Shown here piece after piece: positions 37,663-46,312 of a DNA stretch of 64,000 nt. Position numbers and translations under genes: made by a program. The stretch comes from a virus. The notes beneath the pieces are model-generated. The model was not told the origin of the DNA and did no database searches. It saw only the letters and a program-made list of their open reading frames with translations. Position 1 is the stretch's first letter; each line of letters starts with the position of its first letter. The stretch is from IMG/VR virus record IMGVR_UViG_3300042520_001767, positions 1 to 64,000 of that record. One strand, written 5' to 3'.

Positions 37663-37756
37663 TTATATACAATATTACGGATTTAAAAATTAAAAAACAA
37701 CATTTTATATAATTATTTTTAATTTATTTTATAAACCATTAAATATCAAATACTTA

Positions 37757-40351
37757 CTAACCTTTAGGTTTACCAGCATTAAATTGTTTTACCGTTTCTT
37801 CTTGTACCATTCTGGTTATTTGTCGTCTAAAACTTTGATTATTTGCAATATCAACGTTTATTGAACCACCTGGACTATCTAAGATTATTGTTCCAGATAT
37901 ATTAAGTGTTCCAAATTCATGTTTTATTGAACTATTATTACCTTTTTTCATTCCACCACCAACATGCGGACCAACTTCTAACCCATCTTTTGCGTGTGTT
38001 TTAGCCATTTGACCAAATTTATCTGTAATTGTAAAAGGTCCACGTCCAGGTTCTGCAATACCATCTTGCACTTCTTGTCGTTCACCAAATATTTTATCAC
38101 CTAACCAATCACCAGCCATACTTCCACCAACACCACCAGCTATACCTAAAGGAACTGAAGCAGCACCTAATCCACCAATAGCACCTAATCCACCACCGAT
38201 AGCTCCACCAATACCAGATAAAGCACCTCTACCTAAAGTTTCCATTGAAAATCCATTTTCAGCAACATCAAAACCCATACTAGCTAAAGCACCTATCAAA
38301 GGTATTCTTTTAAGTAAAGTTTTACTTAAAGCTTTTCCACCACCTTTAAAGGCTGAACCAGCCATTTGTGTAGCACCTCTTCCTTGCCTAATTAAAGATG
38401 TACCACCAGCTTTCATAGCACCTTTTATACCACCTTGTTTATAACCACCTTTTAATGATTTCATTGTTCTACCTAAATCAAAATTACCTCCAGGTGAAGA
38501 TGCACCACCTCCAGGTGAAGCAGCTGAATTAAAACCATTAGCTAAAGAAACACCATTTTTATACCATTTAATTGTATCCCACACACCACCTAATAATTTC
38601 ATACCACCTATTAAAATAGGCATTGCTTTAACAAAACCTAAAATACTAGCTGTCATTTTTGGGTGTTCAATAATAAAACTACCAATAGCACCTATTAAAT
38701 CACCAACCATTTTAGCTGATGTTTGTATTATTTCACCCCAACCACCTTTAGCGTTAAATTTCTCAACTAAACCATCCAATTTAGGCATCATCTTATTAAT
38801 TCCTTCAAGCATTGGTAATAGTGAGACCTTTAAGTTATCAATAAAGAAAGTTAGTTGTTCATCAAAAGTCCTGGATTGTTTAGCTCTTTCATCCATTGTC
38901 TCTTGTTGTGCTATTTGAGAATTAATTAAAGTTTTATCAGCTTGAGTTAATGATTTAACTAATCTCTCTTTCCCATCAAGCATAATTTTAGCTTCACCTT
39001 TTTTATTTAAAAAAGATTTATTAGTAATAAATTCTTTTATGGCTTCACCTTCTTTTCCACCACCAATAGTAAAAGTCATTTGAGATTTTATATCTTCAAA
39101 TTTTTTAGCATTTTTACCCATAGTAACCAAGTCTTCATAAGCAATACCAGTTTGTTCTGCAATTATTTTTAATTTATGCATACCCTCAGCTGCCATGTCG
39201 TACTCACCAGTTGATTTATTAAATGTAACACTTTGTTTTGCTGCGTTTGATATTTCCTCAGTTAACCCTTTCATATCATTACGAGCCATATACATTAAAT
39301 GAAAAGGGTCAGACATTTGAGCCCATGCACCACCCATAACATTTAACTGAGCAGACATCTCAACAGCTCCTTCAATATTCCATAATTTATCAGCAAACCC
39401 AGCCGCTGTTTCCATATCAACACCCAACTTAGTTACTAATTGAGCCATTTTAGCCAAACCCTTAGTACCTTCTTTGAAATTATATTTATTCATCAATTTC
39501 ATACCACCAGATACATTTTTCATTACCTTTGATGCATTAAGACCCATCTTGTGTGCATTTTTTAATGTACCATTAACAAAATCACCAGTACGTTCAGCCG
39601 AAACACCCATGATATCCATATCCGCTGCCATTTGTGCTGTTCCTTCGGCTCCTAAACCAGTAACCACTGACATTTCAGCCATTGCTGTTAAACCCTTTTC
39701 ATTTAATAGGACATTTCTACCTAAATTCGCACTATAATCCTCTTGTAATTTAGCTAATTTAGCAATACCAACACCAATCATTGTTGTTTGTTCAGCAACA
39801 TTTTTTATGGTAGTTCTCATTCCACCACTTTCTTTAGATAAAACACCCATGGATAAAGCCGCTTGTTTCATAGCTTTATCCATTTCAAATATACCTAAAC
39901 CTTTAATTTCACTACCAATACTTCTAAATAACCCAGGTAATTTTAAAGACATATCTTTTAAACTAACTAAAGATTTACCTAACGCCATCGAACTAACATT
40001 AACTTCTTTAGCTACATTTTTATATAAACCAACCTGTTTATCGATTAATTTATTTTGTTTTTCTAAATATTTTAATTTAGCTTTTTCAGCTTCTAATTCT
40101 TCTTTAGACATTGAAAGGACATTATTCTCAACATCTTTTAATCTTTTCCTTATATCTTCCTCTAATTTCTTAGTTTTATTATAAGTCTCTTGAAGTTGTT
40201 GTGCTTCTTTAGCAGCTTTGATATATTCATCATAACTACTATTCATTCGTTCCCTTAATTTAGCTTCCTCTTCAAGTAATCTCATAGACTCTCTTGCCGC
40301 TCTATTTAAATCTTGTTCCGATTCAATTTGTGATTTATTCTTTTTTGCCAT
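37757..40351 (-). CDS. Tape measure protein, 864 aa
   Basis: N-terminal coiled coil, helical A/G/M-rich body and Gly-rich hydrophobic C-terminal segments. Positioned between the tail chaperones and the baseplate genes. Confidence 0.75.
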   Translation of the reverse strand: MAKKNKSQIESEQDLNRAARESMRLLEEEAKLRERMNSSYDEYIKAAKEAQQLQETYNKTKKLEEDIRKRLKDVENNVLSMSKEELEAEKAKLKYLEKQNKLIDKQVGLYKNVAKEVNVSSMALGKSLVSLKDMSLKLPGLFRSIGSEIKGLGIFEMDKAMKQAALSMGVLSKESGGMRTTIKNVAEQTTMIGVGIAKLAKLQEDYSANLGRNVLLNEKGLTAMAEMSVVTGLGAEGTAQMAADMDIMGVSAERTGDFVNGTLKNAHKMGLNASKVMKNVSGGMKLMNKYNFKEGTKGLAKMAQLVTKLGVDMETAAGFADKLWNIEGAVEMSAQLNVMGGAWAQMSDPFHLMYMARNDMKGLTEEISNAAKQSVTFNKSTGEYDMAAEGMHKLKIIAEQTGIAYEDLVTMGKNAKKFEDIKSQMTFTIGGGKEGEAIKEFITNKSFLNKKGEAKIMLDGKERLVKSLTQADKTLINSQIAQQETMDERAKQSRTFDEQLTFFIDNLKVSLLPMLEGINKMMPKLDGLVEKFNAKGGWGEIIQTSAKMVGDLIGAIGSFIIEHPKMTASILGFVKAMPILIGGMKLLGGVWDTIKWYKNGVSLANGFNSAASPGGGASSPGGNFDLGRTMKSLKGGYKQGGIKGAMKAGGTSLIRQGRGATQMAGSAFKGGGKALSKTLLKRIPLIGALASMGFDVAENGFSMETLGRGALSGIGGAIGGGLGAIGGLGAASVPLGIAGGVGGSMAGDWLGDKIFGERQEVQDGIAEPGRGPFTITDKFGQMAKTHAKDGLEVGPHVGGGMKKGNNSSIKHEFGTLNISGTIILDSPGGSINVDIANNQSFRRQITRMVQEETVKQFNAGKPKG

Positions 40352-40354
40352 GTT

Positions 40355-41788
40355 TTATTGATTTTTATTAGCGTATAGATTAGCATCTGAAGTATATCCA
40401 GTTGAGTTTTTAAGTTTGATTTCTATATCCTTAGCTGGTGGTGTCCTCTTTATAACAGTTTTATTATCACCTTTTTCATCTTTAATTGTTTCTGTGTATA
40501 ATTTAACTATATCACAAATATATGTGTCTGGTTTTTCTGTTTTTTCTTTTAAAATAATCTCTATATTATTATTTATTAATTTAATATTAGATTCGTATTT
40601 AGATTCTTTAGTATCATCAATACCCATATACTTAACAGAATCTTTTCCATCATATAAAATACCAGGTGATAAAATAAAATTAACAATACCTTTTTCTGTG
40701 TTATATGGAATTCTTACTTTTTCTAAAACATAATATTCAATTTTACCAGATTTTTTAAATTTATCACCAAATCTAGTAAGTCTTTTTCTTTCATAATTAT
40801 CCATTGTTCTATTTAATATCTCTTTAGCTTTTATAACACCAGACGATTTAGGTCCTTTATTATCAGAGGATTTTGAATCTTTACTAAATTCATTAAAAAT
40901 TGATGCGAATATACTAGGTGATACTTTACCTTTAAAATTTAACATAGCTTTCTTAAATTCAGTATCTTTCTCAATATATTGTTTCATCTTTTCAATATCT
41001 AAAGAAGGTTCTTCTTCATTTTCCTTTCTTTCTGTATCTATAGGTGTATATTCTTTAATATTTTTAATCTTATCATTCCTTTTAATAATTTCACCATTTT
41101 TTGATTCGTAAGTTATCACTGAAATAGTAATAAGATTATTATTATCTATTTCAATTGTATTTATATCAGTTAAAATATCTATAGAATTAATGTTTACATT
41201 ACCTAATATACTCTCTGTGTTTTCTGATAATTCAAAACGTACTAAATCACTAGATTTATTAATAAAATCTAAAATAATAACTTCAGAATTATCATTCAAT
41301 TCTAATTTAAGTGACTCACCTTCTTCTAAAGTTGTTAATAAGTCCAAAAAATCAAGTTTACGTCTATCAACATTTTCAGAATTAGAATCGTAATTAGTAC
41401 CATCTATTATCTTACCATTTCTAGATATTGATATATCATCAATATTTCTTAGTGTCATTTTTTGCCATGTATCACCTTTAGGTGGTTCTTCATTTTTTTG
41501 TTTATCATCTTTCGCTACTTGAATAATTAATTTATCACCTTCGAATGATAATCGATTTAAAAACACTCTTTTATTATAATACTGACTGGTTTTATCTATA
41601 TTATCCATATATATTTGACCATTAAAGTTTTTAACTATTATAAAATTAAGCTTTTTACCACCTGTAGTAATTGTAATTATATCACTATCTTTTATGGTTT
41701 TATCTACCATATCAAAAAATGTTGACTCTAATAAAAATAATTTTAAATTTTTATACTGTTCTTCAGTAATTATTAATTTTTTATTCAT
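40355..41788 (-). CDS. Hypothetical protein with a K-L-I-I-T-E-E-Q...LLES N-terminal motif, possible internal virion protein, 477 aa
   Basis: ORF with an upstream ATATTTAT (41805-41812). The N-terminal motif is shared with 48174-48581. Confidence 0.55.
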   Translation of the reverse strand: MNKKLIITEEQYKNLKLFLLESTFFDMVDKTIKDSDIITITTGGKKLNFIIVKNFNGQIYMDNIDKTSQYYNKRVFLNRLSFEGDKLIIQVAKDDKQKNEEPPKGDTWQKMTLRNIDDISISRNGKIIDGTNYDSNSENVDRRKLDFLDLLTTLEEGESLKLELNDNSEVIILDFINKSSDLVRFELSENTESILGNVNINSIDILTDINTIEIDNNNLITISVITYESKNGEIIKRNDKIKNIKEYTPIDTERKENEEEPSLDIEKMKQYIEKDTEFKKAMLNFKGKVSPSIFASIFNEFSKDSKSSDNKGPKSSGVIKAKEILNRTMDNYERKRLTRFGDKFKKSGKIEYYVLEKVRIPYNTEKGIVNFILSPGILYDGKDSVKYMGIDDTKESKYESNIKLINNNIEIILKEKTEKPDTYICDIVKLYTETIKDEKGDNKTVIKRTPPAKDIEIKLKNSTGYTSDANLYANKNQ

Positions 41789-41823
41789 ATAAGTTTTGTT
41801 TGTAATAAATATCTAATAAAACA

Positions 41824-41853
41824 AAAATACCTAGACGAATATCTAGGTATTTT
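41824..41853 (-). terminator. Rho-independent terminator
   Basis: AAAATACCTAGA-CGAATA-TCTAGGTATTTT. Confidence 0.8.
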
Positions 41854-41854
41854 A

Positions 41855-42139
41855 TTATGTTGTTGGTATTTCACCAGATTTCATTTTATTTTTCAACGCC
41901 TCACCAGATACTCTAGTTGACCGTTGACCTTTAGAACCTTTAGGGTTATTCTTAGCTTCTTCTCTAATTTTATCTAATTCTTCTTGTTTCTCACTTGCTT
42001 CTTTTGTTAACATACCTAAAAAGTATCTTCTTTCATATGTAGGCATACTTAATATATCGTTATAAGACATACCTTTTAACTTCTGAGTACAAATGTAAAT
42101 TTCTTCTAATAATGGTAACTTATACTCTGAAGTTAGGCC
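41855..42139 (-). CDS. gp51-like / gpT-like tail chaperone extension, probably translated by frameshift from the upstream gene
   Basis: Frame reads GLTSEYKLPLLEEIYICTQKLKGMSYNDILSMPTYERRYFLGMLTKE. The track start at 42205 is a TTG inside the upstream gene, and the first ATG (42070) falls within the conserved-looking part. Confidence 0.6.
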   Translation of the reverse strand, partial: GLTSEYKLPLLEEIYICTQKLKGMSYNDILSMPTYERRYFLGMLTKEASEKQEELDKIREEAKNNPKGSKGQRSTRVSGEALKNKMKSGEIPTT

Positions 42140-43481
42140 AAAAAAAGCTGACGTTAAGCGGAAGAAAGGTGGCAATAGACCCACCTCCAGGAGTCGTAAC
42201 CTCAATATTTAAATCAATACCGCTTTCTATTTTTTCAATATAATCATTCAAAGCCTTTGCATCACCAATTCTCATTGAGTTTGCGAATTCTCTAATATAT
42301 GTTTTATCTCTCCTCCCGTTAACCTCAACAAGTTGTTTTTCCATTTTATATGTTGCTGTATTATTAACTGGGACACCATTAGTTTTATCCTTATTTATCA
42401 TTTCTTCTAAAATCTCGATATCATTTATAGTTAACACTCTAAATTTAATATCTAATTTAGTTATAGGTAATTTATAATCAAAATAACCATCTTCATCTGG
42501 TTCAGCACCTAAGTCAATGTTTTTTAATTCATTTAAATTAATTTCAGTGTCAAATGGTTGATTAGCTTCATCTAATAAAGTAACAGGATACATTTCACCA
42601 TAGGCGGTAGCCCTTAACCAAATCATAATAGCATTTCTATCTCCAACTGTTAAATCTCTATATCTTAAATCTGGTTCTAGTATTTTTCTATTAATAATGA
42701 TTTCTAAAAATTCACCACTTTCTAATAAATTAGGACTAGTAAGAATATTCTCATCAGCAGTTGTCATATAAGCTAATTTAATATTAGCTTTTTTGTTTTT
42801 ATATAATTTTCCTTTAGAAGGTAACGGAATAACATCAAATGGTGCGTTATAATTAGGTTGACTTAATTCCAATATATAAGGATTTATATTTGAAGGGTTT
42901 TGACCATAATCAGTTGTATTAATTACTGGTGCTTGTAACGGTGGTGTTGGTGGTATATAATTATTATCATTATTAATTGACATACCTTGCGAGTTTTCAT
43001 TCATATTATATATTGGATTTGGTGTATATAACCCATTTTTAGTTTCTGGGTTTTGATTATTTCTACTTGAAGCTTGATTCGCTTGCTGTTGATATCTTTG
43101 AATATTCTCGTTATTAATTCTAATTTGTTCATCACGAAGTTTCATTTGTTCTTCATTTGTTTTTTGTGTCGAATTTTGAGTAACTACTCTAGATGTTTGT
43201 TTTTCAGCTAATCTGATATCTTGAACAACACCAACTTGTTCTATTTGATTTAATTGTTGTTGTGTTCTATTACGCATCATTTCAACAGCACTTGCATGAC
43301 CATTAACACTATAATTATCTGGCGCTTCATTTTGAGATGGTGGTGGGGTTTTAGATTGTTCGTAAATATAATTAGTAACTTGTTTTTTCTCAGCTTCAAA
43401 TTGTTCTTTTCTTTGCTCTTCAGTTAAACTAACTGGTGAAGTTGTTTCCTTTTTAGGGAAAACTTGTGGCTTTTTATCCAT
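42120..43481 (-). CDS. Baseplate hub / tail assembly chaperone (T4 gp26-like C-terminal half) with a long Q/N-rich N-terminal extension, 453 aa
   Basis: PFDVIPLPSKGKLY...MTTADENILTS...DLTVGDRNAIMIWLRATAYG...FFWP. Confidence 0.7.
   Translation of the reverse strand: MDKKPQVFPKKETTSPVSLTEEQRKEQFEAEKKQVTNYIYEQSKTPPPSQNEAPDNYSVNGHASAVEMMRNRTQQQLNQIEQVGVVQDIRLAEKQTSRVVTQNSTQKTNEEQMKLRDEQIRINNENIQRYQQQANQASSRNNQNPETKNGLYTPNPIYNMNENSQGMSINNDNNYIPPTPPLQAPVINTTDYGQNPSNINPYILELSQPNYNAPFDVIPLPSKGKLYKNKKANIKLAYMTTADENILTSPNLLESGEFLEIIINRKILEPDLRYRDLTVGDRNAIMIWLRATAYGEMYPVTLLDEANQPFDTEINLNELKNIDLGAEPDEDGYFDYKLPITKLDIKFRVLTINDIEILEEMINKDKTNGVPVNNTATYKMEKQLVEVNGRRDKTYIREFANSMRIGDAKALNDYIEKIESGIDLNIEVTTPGGGSIATFLPLNVSFFWPNFRV
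42140..42146 (-). other. Candidate programmed ribosomal frameshift site (AGC TTT TTT TGG, T7 run)
   Basis: Seven consecutive T on the coding strand, six codons before the stop of the gp26-like gene. The +1 (= -2) frame is open for 94 more codons. Confidence 0.6.
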
Positions 43482-43560
43482 ATTAAAACTTATTTTTATT
43501 TGTTATAACTTTAAAAATAAATATAGATAAATATTTTTTTTTGTAAATGATATTATTATA

Positions 43561-43598
43561 AAATAAAAAACCATCTATTTCTAGATGGTTTTTTATTT
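43561..43598 (-). terminator. Rho-independent terminator
   Basis: AAATAAAAAACCATCTA-TTTC-TAGATGGTTTTTTATTT perfect inverted repeat. Confidence 0.8.
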
Positions 43599-43993
43599 TA
43601 ATATGGTCCGTAACCATAAGCGGTATCAATATCAGAACCTTCTTGTAATCCTCCTTGACTTTTAACGTGGTTAATCATATTAGAAACATTATTCATACCT
43701 TGATTATTTCTAATATTATTAGCTTTTTCAAATTGAAAATCGTTTGCATAAAATCTTCGTGAACCAAATTCTACAACATATTCCCCACTAGTTTCTCTAC
43801 CAATGTATTCACCTTTAGCACCTGTCATAACTCTTAAAAGTCTATCGATTTCTTTTGGTGGTGCAATCCATACAATTTCATCACCTCTATTAAATTCAAC
43901 ATCTTCTTTAATAATACCTTTAGTTTGTAAGTATCTCTGTTCAGTTAATATATTGGCTTTTTGTAGATTTAATTTTTTATCTATTTTTCTCAT
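43598..43993 (-). CDS. Hypothetical protein, 131 aa, possible internal virion protein
   Basis: ORF with an upstream ATATTTAT (44010-44017) and N-terminal ILTE / IIKE sites. Confidence 0.55.
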   Translation of the reverse strand: MRKIDKKLNLQKANILTEQRYLQTKGIIKEDVEFNRGDEIVWIAPPKEIDRLLRVMTGAKGEYIGRETSGEYVVEFGSRRFYANDFQFEKANNIRNNQGMNNVSNMINHVKSQGGLQEGSDIDTAYGYGPY

Positions 43994-44037
43994 TTTTTTT
44001 ATGTTTATTATAAATATCTATAAAACAAAAAAACCAC

Positions 44038-45609
44038 CTATAACGATGATTTTTTATCATTTTTTGTATAAACCCATTTTTTATTACCACAGTCGTATAT
44101 CCTATTAACACCTCTTTCTTCCATTATTTTCGATTCAGATTTGTTTTTATCATACCCTTCTTTAACTAAAACATCTTTACGATACTTAAATCTATGTTCT
44201 CTTTTATGTTTTACAATATATGAATAATTTGGTTTTGTTTCATATAAAAAAACAAAACCAATATTTTTATAAATATCACCATTAAAATAACGATTATCTG
44301 AATATGTTATTATTTCTTTAAATTTTATTGTTTTAATAAAATGGTTGAATAATTTTGAAAATCCTCCAATAACACTTGTATTTATTTTATTAGAAAATCG
44401 AATTAATTCGTAAAAACCTTCATCTTTAACGCCACTTAAAACTTTTCTTAAATTACCAAATGTTATAATACTAACCAACTCATCATCATAATATAAACCT
44501 AATCTAATATTTGAATTAGTATATCCTTGAAGATGATTTTCATCAAGAAATTTACGACTATCTTTAACTGATACTTCTTTTATTATACATTTTCTACCAT
44601 ACACTACATTATCTGATAACCCTAATTTTGATTTAATAACACTTTTAACAACATCTTTTTTATAAATCCATTCATCTTCAAAAACATGTAATAAATCAAT
44701 TTTTAAATCTCTACATTTATTAGTTTTATTTAAATGATACTTATTATCTAAAAATTTATTCGAATGCCAATATAACCCATCAAATTCAATCGCTAATCTC
44801 TTATTTTCAATGTATATATCTAATTCAAGTGGAGATATTATTTTTTTAGTTTCTTGTACAATATTTTCATTTGGTAATAAATTAATTATGAAATCAGCTA
44901 ATTCTTTTTGATGAAAACTATCGCTTGAGTTTATTGGATTACAAATAGTACATGGTTTTATATTAATATCTGTTCTGTAATTAAATAAAGTATTATATAT
45001 TTCATAATCATTACCACATGAAGAGCAATTTAAAGTTATATTTGAATCTTCTATATCATATTTAATTAATTTATCAGATGTTTTTAAATCTAACCTTTTT
45101 AATAGATTATCTCTAGTTGTTACTTTATTTTTATTTGAATTATTATAATTTTTAAAACCATAAATTTCTTCTTTTGTTTTTAATGTTTTATTTATATTAT
45201 TATAATTTTCATCACCATATCTTTGTAGTTTAGTTTCTTTTACTTTTAAAATATGTGATTCATGTTGCGGATAATAATCAACACCAAACTTTTCTTTAAC
45301 TTTTTCTACAGCACGTTTTTGTGTGATTTCACTTTCATTAGCACACTTCATAGAACAAAAACTTCTATAACCCTTTGTTATTGAATCTTTGAATTTAACA
45401 TCATTATCACAATTTAAACATTTTTTAATCTCTTTATCATTATATATGAAATGCCAAACTTGTTGTTTAAACGGTAATAAGTTTAAATTATTACTATCAA
45501 TGAATTTTTTTAAATCATTATAAATTCTAGGCTCTTTATTTTTAAGAACGTCTTCTCTAGTTTTCCAACCAGATTTGTTATTTGTAGTAAAAAATTCTAT
45601 ATAGTTCAT
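44038..45609 (-). CDS. Free-standing homing-endonuclease-like protein copy 1 (Zn ribbons, PD-(D/E)xK nuclease, GNAT/Mom-like C-terminal domain), 523 aa
   Basis: CLNC...FCSMKC and CSSC...CTIC Zn motifs, ELDIYI...AIEFDGLYWH...FEDEW nuclease, and YELIRF...IGGFSKLF...ITYSDNRY...YKNIGF. Confidence 0.7.
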   Translation of the reverse strand: MNYIEFFTTNNKSGWKTREDVLKNKEPRIYNDLKKFIDSNNLNLLPFKQQVWHFIYNDKEIKKCLNCDNDVKFKDSITKGYRSFCSMKCANESEITQKRAVEKVKEKFGVDYYPQHESHILKVKETKLQRYGDENYNNINKTLKTKEEIYGFKNYNNSNKNKVTTRDNLLKRLDLKTSDKLIKYDIEDSNITLNCSSCGNDYEIYNTLFNYRTDINIKPCTICNPINSSDSFHQKELADFIINLLPNENIVQETKKIISPLELDIYIENKRLAIEFDGLYWHSNKFLDNKYHLNKTNKCRDLKIDLLHVFEDEWIYKKDVVKSVIKSKLGLSDNVVYGRKCIIKEVSVKDSRKFLDENHLQGYTNSNIRLGLYYDDELVSIITFGNLRKVLSGVKDEGFYELIRFSNKINTSVIGGFSKLFNHFIKTIKFKEIITYSDNRYFNGDIYKNIGFVFLYETKPNYSYIVKHKREHRFKYRKDVLVKEGYDKNKSESKIMEERGVNRIYDCGNKKWVYTKNDKKSSL

Positions 45610-45683
45610 ATCTTTTTAATTTATTTATGTAAAATTATTAATAAATATTTAGGTAGACAAGGATATGTGTGATTATTTTAAAT

Positions 45684-45722
45684 AAAAAAATCATTATATA
45701 AAATTTATATAATGATTTTTTT
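45684..45722 (-). terminator. Rho-independent terminator after the tail tube gene
   Basis: AAAAAAATCATTATATAAA / TTTATATAATGATTTTTTT inverted repeat. Confidence 0.65.
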
Positions 45723-45748
45723 ATAATTAGTTGATAATCAGATAAATA

Positions 45749-46237
45749 TTAAAAAAGTAATATCGCTCTATCAAACCTCAAAGTAGCTGTAATCTCAGCA
45801 ATTCCATCATCATCCATTGATAAGTCACCAAATCCAACATTTGTTAACATTGTTCCATCCAACAACCATTTCTCAATAACAACACCAGTTGGGTCTAGTA
45901 ACTCTAACTCTACAGGTCTTTTATATCCAGCCGCATAACCTTGACGACCTGTAATAGATTCTGAGTGTAAACGTACCCATTCCATAATTGCTTGTGCAGC
46001 AGATGGACCAATTGGGTCACGAAATGTTACATCAATTGATTCCCAAGTAAATCTACCAATTACCCATGTAGATGTATTTAAAAATGGTATTTCAACTTCA
46101 TTCTGTGTGATTGAAGGTCTTGATGCAGATGATAACCACCATTGTTGGATTCCTAAATCTGCTGGGAAGGTAATTAACCAACGATTCTTCTTTTTCGGCT
46201 CATAAGGGAGCGGCATTTTCATTAAAAGGTCTGCCAT
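45749..46237 (-). CDS. Tail tube protein (T4 gp19-like), 162 aa
   Basis: YEPKKKNRW...SASRPS...GRFTWESIDVTFRD...LLDPTGVVIEKW...EITATLRFD. Confidence 0.9.
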   Translation of the reverse strand: MADLLMKMPLPYEPKKKNRWLITFPADLGIQQWWLSSASRPSITQNEVEIPFLNTSTWVIGRFTWESIDVTFRDPIGPSAAQAIMEWVRLHSESITGRQGYAAGYKRPVELELLDPTGVVIEKWLLDGTMLTNVGFGDLSMDDDGIAEITATLRFDRAILLF

Positions 46238-46312
46238 GTGAATTTTTTATTAATTTTTCTTGTTATTTATTTGTTTTTAAAGATAATTATATATACCTTT
46301 GATTATAAATAT

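Noticed and set aside
37585-37670. Possible CRISPR array
   Set aside because: The repeats are contiguous 8-mers with no spacers, and there are no cas genes.
42150-42205. Track start (TTG 42205) for the 116-aa ORF, and a GGAGGTGG SD-like sequence near 42181-42188
   Set aside because: The TTG lies inside the upstream gene and gives an implausible N-terminus. The SD-like sequence encodes the PGGG residues of that gene and is about 35 nt from the slip site, too far to act as a typical stimulator.
46238-46312. N-terminal hydrophobic extension (MNFLLIFLVIYLFL...) on endonuclease copy 2
   Set aside because: It comes from a GTG in AT-rich intergenic DNA. Paralog copy 1 aligns only from the ATG at 46313/46319.
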